NCBI GenBank assembly: GCA_964291215.2
Contig: OZ219790.1
Location: 512,001-576,000 of the forward strand
Direction: 5' to 3'
DNA: 64,000 bases
Origin: Alphaproteobacteria bacterium
GTDB lineage: Bacteria; Pseudomonadota; Alphaproteobacteria; MPNO01; UBA830
A program made the translations under genes and the position numbers. Of the stretch, positions 22,061-32,485 are shown in pieces (the first letter of the stretch is position 1; each line of letters opens with the position of its first letter). The notes under the pieces are model-generated. The model was not told where the DNA came from and made no database searches. It saw only the letters and a list, made by a program, of their open reading frames with translations.

Positions 22061-22842
22061 AACCGTCAGAGTTCTTCGACGTGGCGGGCAAATCGGCGCT
22101 GATCGCCGGCGCCTCGGGCGCCTTCGGCGCCGTGGCCGCACGGACGCTGGCGGGAGCCGGATGCCGACTCACACTGGCCGCTGGCAATGCCGAAGCTCTC
22201 GAGTCGGTCGCAGGCGAGTGCCGGGAACTGGGTGCCGTGGTCGCCACGGTGAACGCGCGTCCCGGATCGGAGGAAGCTGTCGACGGCATTGTCGAGAAGG
22301 TCATCGACGCGCATGGCCGACTCGACATCCTGGTCGTGGCCTCGGGCATGAACAGGGTAGCGAAGATCGAGGAGATGGCGCCGGACACCTTCACCGGCGT
22401 GATGGATGCCAACGTCACCCAGTCATGGTTGCTTGCCCGTGCCGCGACACGGCAGATGAAGGCTCAGGGCGACGGCGGCAAGGTCGTCTTCGTCTCGTCC
22501 GCACGGGGGCTTCTCGGCCATCCTGCCGGCTACACCGCCTACTGCGCTTCCAAGGCAGCGGTCGACGGAATTACCAAGGCACTCGGGTGCGAGCTGGGTC
22601 CGACCGGAATCACCGTCAACGCCATCGCGCCGACCGTCTTTCGCTCGCCGCTAACCGCCTGGATGTTCGAGGACACTCCGGAAGCAAAGGGGGTGCGGAA
22701 CGGGTTTCTCACCCGCTTGCCCAAGGGCCGCCTGGGGGAACCGGAAGATCTCGCCGGCCCGCTCCTGTTCCTCGCTTCACGGGCGTCCGATTTCTATACC
22801 GGGCACATACTCTATGCGGATGGCGGTTACACCGCAGGATAA
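22057..22842 (+). CDS. SDR oxidoreductase (gluconate 5-dehydrogenase-like)
   Basis: GASGAFG, YCASK and VNAIAP. Confidence 0.9.
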   Translation: MKPSEFFDVAGKSALIAGASGAFGAVAARTLAGAGCRLTLAAGNAEALESVAGECRELGAVVATVNARPGSEEAVDGIVEKVIDAHGRLDILVVASGMNRVAKIEEMAPDTFTGVMDANVTQSWLLARAATRQMKAQGDGGKVVFVSSARGLLGHPAGYTAYCASKAAVDGITKALGCELGPTGITVNAIAPTVFRSPLTAWMFEDTPEAKGVRNGFLTRLPKGRLGEPEDLAGPLLFLASRASDFYTGHILYADGGYTAG

Positions 22843-22846
22843 CGGA

Positions 22847-23764
22847 ATGATTGCAACAGCAGGGCTTGTCGGCGGCGGGCTCATGGGGCACGGGATAGCC
22901 TTGGCGTTCGCACGCGCCGGACTGACGGTCCGCGTCCATGACCCGGCGCCGCAACGCCTCGACGATCTGAAGGATCGAGTGGCAGCAAGCATGGCGGCAA
23001 CCGGTTCCGACCGCACCGGTATCGATGCTTCGCTGCGCCGCATCACCACATGCCGCAGCCTCGCTGACGCGGTCGGAGACGCCGATCTCGTCGTCGAGGC
23101 CGCGCCCGAGAAGCTCGACCTCAAGCAGTCGATCTTCGGCGAACTGGAAGCTGCAGCGCCCGAAAGCTGCGTCCTCGCCTCCAACACGTCAGTGTTGCCA
23201 ATCACCGAGATCGTAGCCGGACTGGCATTCCGCGAACGGGCGCTCGGAACGCACTGGTGGAACCCGCCGCACATCATTCCGCTCGTTGAGGTGGTGCGCA
23301 CCGAATGGACGTCGCAAGCGGCGATCGACGCCACAATGGCGGTGCTGAGGCGGATCGGAAAGCGTCCCGTGCGGGTGGAGAAGGATGTTCCGGGTTTCAT
23401 CGGCAACCGTCTGCAGCATGCGCTGTGGCGGGAAGCAATCAGCCTCGTGGAAAATGGTGTCTGCGATGCCGAGACGGTGGACACGGTCATAAAGGAGAGC
23501 TTCGGCAGGCGGCTTGCGGTCCTGGGGCCGCTGGAGAATGCCGACCTGGTTGGCACCGACCTGACCCATGATATCCACAGCGTGGTCCTTTCCGATCTCG
23601 AAAGGCGTCCCGGTCCCTCGCCCTATCTCGACGCCCTCGTCCGGAGCGGTCGGCTCGGCATGGCAACCGGCAAGGGGTTTCGTGACTGGACACCCGAAGC
23701 GGCTCAGGCTGTCCGAAAACGCCTGGCCGCACACCTGAAGGCGCTCGAAACGATTCTGGAATAA
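22847..23764 (+). CDS. 3-hydroxyacyl-CoA dehydrogenase family protein
   Basis: GGGLMGHGIA, EAAPE, ASNTS, HWWNPP and GFIGNRLQ. Confidence 0.9.
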   Translation: MIATAGLVGGGLMGHGIALAFARAGLTVRVHDPAPQRLDDLKDRVAASMAATGSDRTGIDASLRRITTCRSLADAVGDADLVVEAAPEKLDLKQSIFGELEAAAPESCVLASNTSVLPITEIVAGLAFRERALGTHWWNPPHIIPLVEVVRTEWTSQAAIDATMAVLRRIGKRPVRVEKDVPGFIGNRLQHALWREAISLVENGVCDAETVDTVIKESFGRRLAVLGPLENADLVGTDLTHDIHSVVLSDLERRPGPSPYLDALVRSGRLGMATGKGFRDWTPEAAQAVRKRLAAHLKALETILE

Positions 23765-23842
23765 CGGCGGCACCGTAAGAGAGTGACGTCATTTTGTGCT
23801 AGCATTGTCGCTGGTTTTCTGACAAACAGGAGGCGTCGACCG

Positions 23843-24439
23843 ATGCGAGGCCTTCCCAGGCGCATCATGGAGTACGCTCGGGCTCGTCCGGAAGCCGCGC
23901 CGCTGTGTCCGGGCGCCCTGCTGCACCTCGGCCACCGTGCGGCGGTCACCCAGGCTTTGTCCCGCCTCGCGCGCTCGGGCCGTCTCATGCGTATCTGCCA
24001 AGGCGTCTACATGCACCCGGTCGAGACCCGGTTCGGCTTGCGGGCGCCCCGACTCGGCAAGGCGCTCGCCGCGCTGTCGGCACTCTGGGGCGAGACCATC
24101 GTACCGTGCGGCGGCGCCGCGGCCAATCGCCTGCGCCTGACCACGCAGAATCCGGTTCGTGCGGTCTACCTCACCTCCGGTCCCAACCGATGTCTCCACT
24201 TCGGATCGTCCGTCGTAGAACTGCGCCACGCGCCGCGTTGGCAATTGGCAGCGCCGCACCGCAAGGCGGGCGATATCATCCGCGCCCTGGCATGGCTCGG
24301 TCCCCAACAGGTCGAGGACGGCCTCGAGGCGGTCTTGCCGACACTACCGGAGTCGGATCGGGACGAGCTTGCAGCGGCGCGGGCCATCATGCCGATCTGG
24401 ATGGCGGAACCGTTGAGTGCGCGCCTTGCGCATGACTGA
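23843..24439 (+). CDS. AbiEi-like type IV antitoxin (DUF6088-like)
   Basis: [24 protein letters not shown] wHTH and AANRL.LTTQ.P...YLTSGP. Coupled to an AbiEii start. Confidence 0.8.
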   Translation: MRGLPRRIMEYARARPEAAPLCPGALLHLGHRAAVTQALSRLARSGRLMRICQGVYMHPVETRFGLRAPRLGKALAALSALWGETIVPCGGAAANRLRLTTQNPVRAVYLTSGPNRCLHFGSSVVELRHAPRWQLAAPHRKAGDIIRALAWLGPQQVEDGLEAVLPTLPESDRDELAAARAIMPIWMAEPLSARLAHD

Positions 24440-24641
24440 GCAGCGATTCCAGGACCTCTCGTCCGACGACAGGCGCGACGCTCTTGAGGTCGCGGAGCGG
24501 AACAGCAGCCGCAAGGCGCATCTTCTGGAGAAAGACATCTGGGTCGTCGCGGCGCTCGGCATCCTGTTCGAGGCCCCGTTCGCCCCACACCTGACCTTCA
24601 AGGGCGGCACCTCGCTGTCGAAGGCATGGCGGGCGATCCGC
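24432..24641 (+). pseudogene. AbiEii nucleotidyltransferase toxin, truncated
   Basis: [10 protein letters not shown]....[18 protein letters not shown], then homology stops at a foreign junction. Confidence 0.85.
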
Positions 24642-24703
24642 CAACTGTGCCATACGGGACTCTCACCCGTCGACAAAGACGCACAGTCCCTCGCGGCGGC
24701 GGG

Positions 24704-25576
24704 ATGACCGGCGCGGTCGAGTGCCGCTATTACGGGCGCGACTTCACCGAAGATGAAATGGCGCTGCTGCGCGCCCTGATCGCCGATCCCGCCCCGCTCT
24801 CCCGCCGCGCCCTGTCGATCGAGTTCTGCCGGCGCATCGGCTGGCTCAAGCCCGACGTCGGGCTGAAGGACATGATGGCCCGTGTCGCCATGCACAAGGA
24901 CGGGCTCATCGAGCTGCCGCCGCCGAGGGGGCGGAAGCACCGGCCCAGGCCGGTCCAGTTCGGACCCGACACCGAACCGCCGCTGTTCCCGGCGCCCACG
25001 ACCCTCGACGAGGTCCGCCCGCTCGACTTCCGCACCGTCGTGCACAGCACCCGCGAAGGCAGGCTCTGGAACGAGTTCATCGCCCGCTACCACTATCTCG
25101 GACACAAGACACTGGTCGGCGCCCAGATGCGCTATGCCGTCCACGACCGCAACGGCTGGCCCGTCGCCATGCTCGGCTTCTCCACCGCCGCATGGAAGCT
25201 CGCCCCGCGCGACCGCTTCATCGGATGGACGCCCGAACTGCGCGAAAAGAACCTTCCTCTCGTCGTCGACAACCCGCGCTTCCTGATCCTGCCCTGGATC
25301 GAGATCCCCAACCTCGGCTCGCACATCCTCGCCATCGTGCGCCGCCGCCTGCCCATCGACTGGACCGGGCGCTACAACATCACGCCGGTGCTCATCGAGA
25401 CCTTCGTCGAAACGCCCCGCTACACCGGTGCCGTATACCGCGCATCGGGCTGGACCCGCGTCGGGACCACCCAGGGCCGGGGACGCTACGACAGGCACAA
25501 CAAACGAGACCAGCCGAAAAAGGACATCTGGCTCCGCACACTGCGAAAAGACTGGCAACGCACCCTCAATCGGTAG
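24704..25576 (+). CDS. DUF4338 (Druantia DruA-like) domain protein at the end of an IS66-like remnant
   Basis: [56 protein letters not shown] and YRASGW..VG.TQGRG. Followed by an IS66-like end GAACGGATAC at 25655. Confidence 0.85.
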   Translation: MTGAVECRYYGRDFTEDEMALLRALIADPAPLSRRALSIEFCRRIGWLKPDVGLKDMMARVAMHKDGLIELPPPRGRKHRPRPVQFGPDTEPPLFPAPTTLDEVRPLDFRTVVHSTREGRLWNEFIARYHYLGHKTLVGAQMRYAVHDRNGWPVAMLGFSTAAWKLAPRDRFIGWTPELREKNLPLVVDNPRFLILPWIEIPNLGSHILAIVRRRLPIDWTGRYNITPVLIETFVETPRYTGAVYRASGWTRVGTTQGRGRYDRHNKRDQPKKDIWLRTLRKDWQRTLNR

Positions 25577-25814
25577 AAGCACAACCGTCGCGCCGGTGTG
25601 AAAATGCCGACAAGCGGATAACCCACTCCTCATCCCCCGGAACCCGAACGGATACTCGGGCGCGATGGACCGTTTGTCGGCATGCGCGAGCCGGCAACGC
25701 CTCATTTCGGATCGATCCGGTCTCGGGCCGCTATCTGGAAACAGGCTTGATTTTCTGGAGGCCCGGAAAAAACCAGTAAAATCAGTGCTGTATATAAGGT
25801 TCAAAATATCCCGT

Positions 25815-25856
25815 CACATTGGTGTCCACAAACACCGGACCGTGGTGTCGCGCCAT
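25815..25856 (-). pseudogene. PIN-domain gene start, truncated
   Basis: MARHHGPVFVDTNV begins 6 nt after the ImmA gene stop, followed by AT-rich unrelated sequence. Confidence 0.55.
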
Positions 25857-25862
25857 CGCCGT

Positions 25863-26969
25863 TCACAGCTCGACGGGAGATGGAATCCCGTGCGTTGCGC
25901 ACAAGTCGCTGAACTCGTCGATTGTCGAACCGAGCAATTCCGCCACACGCCGCATTGAGACAAGGCCGTCCAGGACGGCGAGGCAGAGAACCTCCACGAA
26001 CGGCCTGGAATACAGGGCAGGCGTTACGCCCTCCGCCACTTCCTGGCCGTTGTTGCGCAAGGCCGCCTCGGGCACGGCGCAGGCCACGGACGGCTTCAGT
26101 TGGCCAAGCGCAACCAGCCGCCAGCGCAGCGCCGAGGACGTCACGCGCAGCTCGTCCGCCAAGGCGTTCAGCCGGTCGATCAACCCTTTCTCGCCCAGAG
26201 ATGTCCAGCCTCCGCGCCGCTGAAGCGTAGCCGCCGGCATCAGCACCGCCGCGGCGAAATTGTTGGCGAGCTGCTCCACCCGATTGCCGCCGGTCTCCCG
26301 CGCCTCTTCGGAATGCCCCGGCGGCATCGCATCCCACGTCAGGATATGAAACAGTTCGTGCGCCAGGTCGAAATGACGGCGGCCTTCGACTTCCCGGCGC
26401 GCGATCAGGACCGTGTCCAGTTCGGGCAGGCGGCAGGCCGCCCCGGAAATCCCTTCGCCGGCATCCACCATGAGGACCAGAATGCCCAACTCCTGCTCCA
26501 TGACCCTGGCCAGGCCGGTTGCAGGGGCTTCGCCGAGACCGAACTCGGACACGAAACGCTCCCCGGCCGACATGGCGTCCTCGAAGCTTGAAGTGCGGGC
26601 AAGGCCCAGCGCCCGGCGCATCAGCGGGAGCTCGTGCCCGACCTTTGGCGCCAGCGCGCGAAACGCCGCGATCCAACGGCCGGCGTCACGCTCGTATTCG
26701 TCGAGCTGCGCAGCGCCGACCCCCGTATGTCGCCAAGAGAAACGGCCTTCTCCGACGAGCCGGAACGGGTCCGTGAAATAGTCGAGCGGCACCTCCAGCC
26801 TTTCCAGTACGCGCATCAGTTCGTCCGCCGAGACACGCCGCGTGCCGGTTTCGATGGCCGAAACAGTCTGCCGATCGTTGAAACCGAACAGCCGCGCAAG
26901 ATCGTCCTGGGAGAACCTGCGCTCCTCGCGCAGCGCCCGGAGCCGCGTACCGATCAGTGATGTGGACAT
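25863..26969 (-). CDS. XRE HTH-ImmA/IrrE metallopeptidase fusion
   Basis: N-terminal HTH (RLRALREERRFSQDDLA...TVSAIETG), HExxH motif LAHELFH and EQLANNFAA. GGAGG RBS. Confidence 0.92.
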   Translation of the reverse strand: MSTSLIGTRLRALREERRFSQDDLARLFGFNDRQTVSAIETGTRRVSADELMRVLERLEVPLDYFTDPFRLVGEGRFSWRHTGVGAAQLDEYERDAGRWIAAFRALAPKVGHELPLMRRALGLARTSSFEDAMSAGERFVSEFGLGEAPATGLARVMEQELGILVLMVDAGEGISGAACRLPELDTVLIARREVEGRRHFDLAHELFHILTWDAMPPGHSEEARETGGNRVEQLANNFAAAVLMPAATLQRRGGWTSLGEKGLIDRLNALADELRVTSSALRWRLVALGQLKPSVACAVPEAALRNNGQEVAEGVTPALYSRPFVEVLCLAVLDGLVSMRRVAELLGSTIDEFSDLCATHGIPSPVEL

Positions 26970-26983
26970 GATGGCCTCCGAAA

Positions 26984-27000
26984 TGCAATATATTCTTGCA
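26984..27000. promoter_or_regulatory. Candidate autoregulatory operator
   Basis: TGCAA-N7-TTGCA immediately upstream of the RBS. Confidence 0.45.
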
Positions 27001-27680
27001 CCCTGCGAATTGCAATACAACCAGGCTGACCCCAAGCCGAAGTTCCAGCCCAATTTTTACTTATCATGTTGAATATTTTGACATTAAAGGGAATCGAGTG
27101 TGTCGCTACCGGGAACGCTACAGGCCCACGCCACTCCAGAGAAGAGCACTCAAGCTCCTGGGCGTAAAGTCGTAATGTACCCAGTCAGACGCCTCTGAGA
27201 TCCATCGAATGTCATTCATATCAGGCACTTGTACTTGATCGACGCTGGAACTTCGGTTTAGCGTGAGACTCTCCTGACGCCGCCTGTCATCGTACCCGTG
27301 TTCGCCCAATCCACACAGCCAACCGCTCAAAAGCGCGGTTCTCCGCCGAAATCCCGCCGTTCTGAATCGCCGCCGACAACAACACCCCGCCCGCATTGCC
27401 GCCCTCTCCATTGTCGCTCCCGGCAAGCGCCGCATCGTCATGCTGCTGCTGTGCAGCAAACGACGACACGCCGCCTGAAGGCGGATCTGCAACCGGCGGC
27501 CATCCCCTCGGCCTCGCGGAAGAACGGGAGTGGAGGTCTGTGCCCGCTTCGGCAACGGCCCAGAATTTCCTTACCCGAAGCCGGCCCGATTCCTGCATGG
27601 GGACCAGTTCCGGACCGCCAGCGGAGTTCGCCCGACCGATCCCGGAAGGCCGTCGCCGACATCCTCGGACGGAGCCGGTA

Positions 27681-28985
27681 TCAGTTCTTCGTCATCTGCT
27701 GCGGCAGCCAAGTCGCGATCTCGGGGAAGACGACGAGCAGCACCACCGCGATCTGCAACAGCAGGAAGAACGGGAATGCCGCTCGGGCGATCTGGAGGAT
27801 ATTACGCCCGGTGAGCCCCTGCAGCACGAACAGGTTGAAACCGACCGGCGGCGTCACCTGGGACATCTCGACCACCAGCACGAGGTAAATGCCGAACCAC
27901 ATCAGGTCGATCCCGGCAGCCTGGATCATCGGCAGGATGATCGATGTGGTCAGCAGGACCACCGAGATTCCGTCGAGAAAGCAGCCGAGCACGATGAAGA
28001 ACAGCGTAAGCGCGGCGATCAGGCCATGGCGGCCCAGCTCCATCTCGCCTATCCACTGCGCCAGCGAACGGGGAATGCCGGTAAAGCCCATGGCGATAGT
28101 CAGGAACGACGCGCCGACGAAGATGAAACTGATCATGCAGGTGATCCGCGTCGCGCCCATCAGGCTGTCGGCAAAGACCCGTCGGCTGAGCCCGCCCGTT
28201 CCCCAGGCCAGCGCGAGCGATCCCAGCACCCCGACCACCGCGGCTTCCACCGGAGTCGCGATGCCGAGATAGATCGAACCGAGAACGGCAACGATCAGCA
28301 GGATCGTGGGCAGCAGACGGCGCGACTCGTGGACCTTGCGCCAAAACGTCAGCCGCTCGTCGCCTTTCGGGATCCGGCCCGGATTCATCAGCGCCCACAA
28401 CATGATGAAACCCATGAACAGAGCGATCAGCATGGCGCCCGGCAAGATTCCGGCGATGAACAGCCGCGCAATCGAGAGCTCCGCGGCCACGCCATAGACA
28501 ATCAGGATGATCGATGGCGGGATCAGGAAACCGAGCGTGCCCGAGCCCGCGAGAGTTCCGATCGACATCCGTTCGTCGTAGCCGCGTCGGTATAGTTCCG
28601 GGATCGACATGCGTCCAATGGTCACCGCCGTCGCCGCCGAAGATCCCGAAATCGCGGCAAAGATACCGCAGGCGACGACGTTCACGTGCAGCAGGCGTCC
28701 GGGAAGCCGCGTTACCCAGGGCGCGATGCCGCGGAACATGTCCTCCGACAGCCGCGTACGGAACAGTATCTCCCCCATCCAGACGAACAGGGGAAGCGCA
28801 ATCAGCGAAAACGGGGTGGTCGCCCCCCAGGTCGTCGTCGCCAGCACCGGACCCGTCGGCGCCGTCGTAAAGGCCGTCATCGCGAATACCGCAACGCCCA
28901 CCAGCGACAGCGCCACCCACAGCCCGGCCCCCAGCAACAGCAGGAGAACGAAGGTCAGGACAAGCGCGATTGACAGGATGTCCAT
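27681..28985 (-). CDS. dctM: TRAP transporter large permease
   Basis: Hydrophobic. ALPLFVWMGE, GTLGFLIPPS and TPPVGFNLFV. Confidence 0.95.
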   Translation of the reverse strand: MDILSIALVLTFVLLLLLGAGLWVALSLVGVAVFAMTAFTTAPTGPVLATTTWGATTPFSLIALPLFVWMGEILFRTRLSEDMFRGIAPWVTRLPGRLLHVNVVACGIFAAISGSSAATAVTIGRMSIPELYRRGYDERMSIGTLAGSGTLGFLIPPSIILIVYGVAAELSIARLFIAGILPGAMLIALFMGFIMLWALMNPGRIPKGDERLTFWRKVHESRRLLPTILLIVAVLGSIYLGIATPVEAAVVGVLGSLALAWGTGGLSRRVFADSLMGATRITCMISFIFVGASFLTIAMGFTGIPRSLAQWIGEMELGRHGLIAALTLFFIVLGCFLDGISVVLLTTSIILPMIQAAGIDLMWFGIYLVLVVEMSQVTPPVGFNLFVLQGLTGRNILQIARAAFPFFLLLQIAVVLLVVFPEIATWLPQQMTKN

Positions 28986-28994
28986 GACACCCCG

Positions 28995-29525
28995 CTAGCT
29001 CTCTCCGCCAGGGCCGAGCGCCCGGGCAGCCGCGTCGCGTTCGACGTATTGCGGCCTGCCGCCCCTCAGCATTATCATTAGCTCGTCGACAAAAGCGATG
29101 GCCAGCACCACCAGGCCCAGCGCGAGGCCCGATTGCGGAATCCAAAGCGGAGTTCTGATCAGGCCCTGCCCGACCTCCCCGAACACGAAGGTCTCATAGG
29201 CGAAGGCGCAGAAGTGCCAGGCGAAATAGATGCTGAGCGCGGTGCCGAGGATCAGGCAGAACAGTTCGAGCACGCGTCGCGCACGCGACGGCAGCCGGAG
29301 CAGGAGGATAGAGACCCGAATGTGCTCGCCAGCGGTCAGCGTGTGGGCGAGACCGAGGAAGATCGCCGAGGCCAGGCAATAGCCGGCGAACTCGGTGGCG
29401 GCGGGGATCAGTACGCCCGCCATGCGGCCCACTATCTCGGCGAGTATGGCGAGCGCGATACAGACGATGAATGCGGCCGAAAGAACGCCGCACCCGTGAT
29501 AAAGCCCGTCGAGAAGGCGCCTCAC
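28995..29525 (-). CDS. dctQ: TRAP transporter small permease
   Basis: About 4 TM segments and GEHIRV. Lies between dctP and dctM. Confidence 0.9.
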   Translation of the reverse strand: MRRLLDGLYHGCGVLSAAFIVCIALAILAEIVGRMAGVLIPAATEFAGYCLASAIFLGLAHTLTAGEHIRVSILLLRLPSRARRVLELFCLILGTALSIYFAWHFCAFAYETFVFGEVGQGLIRTPLWIPQSGLALGLVVLAIAFVDELMIMLRGGRPQYVERDAAARALGPGGES

Positions 29526-29576
29526 CTCGTCAAGCCCGGATCGGCAGGTGGCGCCCTCACCCGCCTCCCCGCGATC

Positions 29577-30557
29577 TCACCTGGACGCCCGATAGGCGTC
29601 CAGGATCTTTCTGCCATCCGGCCCGGCCTTGGAAAGCCACTCCTCGATCAACCGTGCGCCGGCTGCGCGAAGTCCCTTCAGCAGGCCAGGCTTGGGCGGC
29701 ACCACGGTGAGCCTTTCGGCCAAATTCGCGGTCATCGTAGCGGTTTCATTGGCGCTCATCTCCCAGCCCCTCGGCTCGGCGCGGGCCGCGGCATCGGTCA
29801 CCACCTTGCGGGTCGCTTCGCTCAACCGCTTGAAGGCGCGGGTATTGACCATGACCATGTTCTTGCCCAGCCCGGCGCGGGTGTCGTGGTAATGGGTGAG
29901 ATAATCCCACGACTTGGTCAGAACGCCCGTAGTGGCCGAGGTCAGCATCGCGTCGACGATCCCCGTGGAGAACGCCTGCGGGATGTCAACAAGCTGCACC
30001 GTCGTCGGCACCGCGCCGATAGCGGCAGCGTAGCGCGAGATAGTGGCGTTATAGGTACGGAACTTGAGGCCCTTGAAGTCCTCAACGCTCTTCAGCTCCT
30101 TCTTCGCATAGAAGCCTTGGGGCGGCCAAGGCACGGAATAGAGCAGCGTCAGGCCCTTGCTGACCAGCCGGCTCGCTATGAACGGCCTGGAAACCTCCCA
30201 CAGCCGTCTGGCCTGATCGTAGCTCTCGGCAAAGAACAGAAGCGAGTCGACCTCGTAGACGCGGTCCTCGTTCGCCAGCAGCGAAACAAGCGTCTCGCCC
30301 ATCTGGATCTGGCCGCTTTGTACGGCGCGATGAATTTCCGGCAGCTTGTAGAGCGACTGGGCGCTGTGGACGGTGATTTTCAGATCGCCCCCGGAGTTTT
30401 CCGCAATCTCGTCGACGAATTGCTGGATGTTTCTGGTGTGAAAGAACGGGTCCGGATAGGCCGTCGCCATGTTCCATTGCTGCGCGGCAAGCGCGCTATT
30501 AGCCGCAAGAAACCCCGCAAGCCCCGCCACAGCCGCCGATATCCTGAACCTCATCAT
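29577..30557 (-). CDS. dctP: TRAP substrate-binding protein
   Basis: Signal peptide, DFKGLKFR and AFSTGIVDA. Confidence 0.92.
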   Translation of the reverse strand: MMRFRISAAVAGLAGFLAANSALAAQQWNMATAYPDPFFHTRNIQQFVDEIAENSGGDLKITVHSAQSLYKLPEIHRAVQSGQIQMGETLVSLLANEDRVYEVDSLLFFAESYDQARRLWEVSRPFIASRLVSKGLTLLYSVPWPPQGFYAKKELKSVEDFKGLKFRTYNATISRYAAAIGAVPTTVQLVDIPQAFSTGIVDAMLTSATTGVLTKSWDYLTHYHDTRAGLGKNMVMVNTRAFKRLSEATRKVVTDAAARAEPRGWEMSANETATMTANLAERLTVVPPKPGLLKGLRAAGARLIEEWLSKAGPDGRKILDAYRASR

Positions 30558-30628
30558 CGCCCCCTGGTTCCATGATAACCAGAAAGGATCGTATCACCGC
30601 GATCATGAACCATCAACCTAAAAAACCT

Positions 30629-31822
30629 CCCCACTTCCAGTCTGAAGTGCAACATCCGGCCCTCATCGCAGTGAGGGCGTAGCCCGAACGGAGATGAGGG
30701 CCGGGTGTTGCGCAAATTTTTCCCCTCTGCCCCTCTCGATTCCGCTTGGGAACAGCTTCAGTTCCTTCAACATCGAGCTTATGCAACGCCTTTGTCGGCT
30801 TCAAGCCACTATTCCGCCGTCGCGCGGCATGGACCCTGCTGCACGTTTCGGCTGCGGAACATGGCGCAGATGGTCAGGGCGGTTTCACTTCAAGATTACC
30901 TCCGTCGGCAATCCCAGGACTTTCCGAGTGTTGAGCCGATCCTGCACCTTCTGAACATCTTCGTTGCATATCGCGCGAAAGTCCGTGCCCTTCGGGAAGT
31001 ACTCCCGCACCAGGCCGTTAGCGTGCTCATTCAAGCCGCGCTCCCGGGAATGGAAAGGCGAACAAGAAATCTGCGCCAAGTGCGACACGCCTGTGGTCTG
31101 CGAACTCCTTGCCGTTGTGATTGTGTGGACCAATAGCGCACCAGAGCCGAGCAGGCGGATCATACCGACCGTGTCTTTCTGTCCACCCAGCAAGGTGTAT
31201 TTCGTGGCACGAGCGACACGACAGCTCCACTGTGAGCTTTGCCGATGATGGCTCCCAGTCGCCGACCCGTTTCTTTGCCTTCGCAGGGCGCTCGGAAATG
31301 TCCACCCGGCCAGAATGGCATCCGCCCTTCCAGTTCGGCTTCTTGCCGCGCCGCCGAAGCTTCAAGACGCCCCCGGCTCTCCGATCTTCGGCGATCATGG
31401 ATCCGTTGCCGACCCACGGCCCTCCAGTCGAAAACGGCCGCTGCTCGGGGCCCTCCCGCAGCTTTTTCTGAGCTTCAACCCGAGGCGTCAACCGCCAGGA
31501 AACAGACGAGGCTGCCCTGCGGCGCGTTTCTGCCATCCTTTGCGCCTGCTTGTGACGGTAACCCCGTCCCCCGGTGTTGCGCTTGATCTCCCGGAAAATT
31601 GTTGATCGGCCCAGCTGCCGAGCAATCGCACCTTGTGAAAGACCGCTTTTCTGCCTCAATCTGGCATCGCTCTTCGTAGGTGACGGTAGCCTTTGGACAT
31701 GAACAAGCTCCCTCCATCTTGTACAGGAACTCTCGCCGCTGCTGGACAGCTCCGCAACATCATGCGTCTAAAAACACATGGCCACAGCCCATCATGTGTT
31801 GCACTTCACTATGGAACGGGGG
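30629..31822 (-). mobile_element. Degenerate IS30-family element (copy 1)
   Basis: AIARQLGR.STIFREIKRN, GDWE and ERGLNEH.NGLVREYFPKGTDF. IRs CCCCCGTTCCATAGTGAAGTGCAAC / CCCCACTTCCAGTCTGAAGTGCAAC. Confidence 0.9.
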
Positions 31823-32485
31823 CTAAAAAAAGAGATCAAGCCGTGGCTGAACTGGTGCATTCCACCGCACCGGAGCGCACAGTTCGTGGCGGCGGACGTG
31901 CTTGACATTTATCAGCGGGACTTTGCCAGGGACGAGGTGCGGTGTGCGAGACCAGCCGGCAGCAGACGAAGGAAACCCGCATCCCCCGTCCCCCGGTCAG
32001 CCGGAGGTGGTCGACTATGAATATGAGCGCAACGGCACGGCCAACCTCTTCATGGCCTTTGCGCCCAACGAGAACTGGCGCACGGTGAAAGTCACCGACC
32101 GCCGCGGGACTGGGCGCACTTCATCCGGGAGCTTGCCGACGACCATTTCCCCGACAGAAAGATCGTGCTGGACAATCTGAACACGCACAGTCGTTGTATG
32201 AAGCCTTCGGGCCCGAGGAGGCGGGTACGAAAGCGGTTCGAGTTTCGCCTATACGCCGAAGCACGGAAGCTGGCTCAACATGGCCGAGATCGAGATCGGT
32301 GCGCTGTCGCGGCAGTGCCTTCGGCGACGCATTCCCGACAGAGACACTATGCGGCGGGAGACGGCAGCATGGGTGGAACGGTGTAATGCGGCCAATGTCA
32401 CTGTCGACTGGCGTTTCACGACGAAGGATGCCCGGACGAAACTGAAGTCACTATATCCCTCAATCCAATAATGCTAGACTACTAG
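31823..32485 (+). mobile_element. IS630-family 3' half (pseudogene)
   Basis: DYEYERNGTANLF, LDNLNTH, SWLNMAEIE and VDWRFTTKDAR.KL.SLYP. Ends at a CTAG inside the IS66 end. Confidence 0.88.

Noticed and set aside
24704-25576. Complete Druantia system
   Set aside because: No DruE helicase or other dru genes. The context is IS-derived.
27118-27660. Coding or ncRNA feature between the ImmA gene and dctM
   Set aside because: Only fragmentary, unrecognisable ORFs and no convincing RNA structure.
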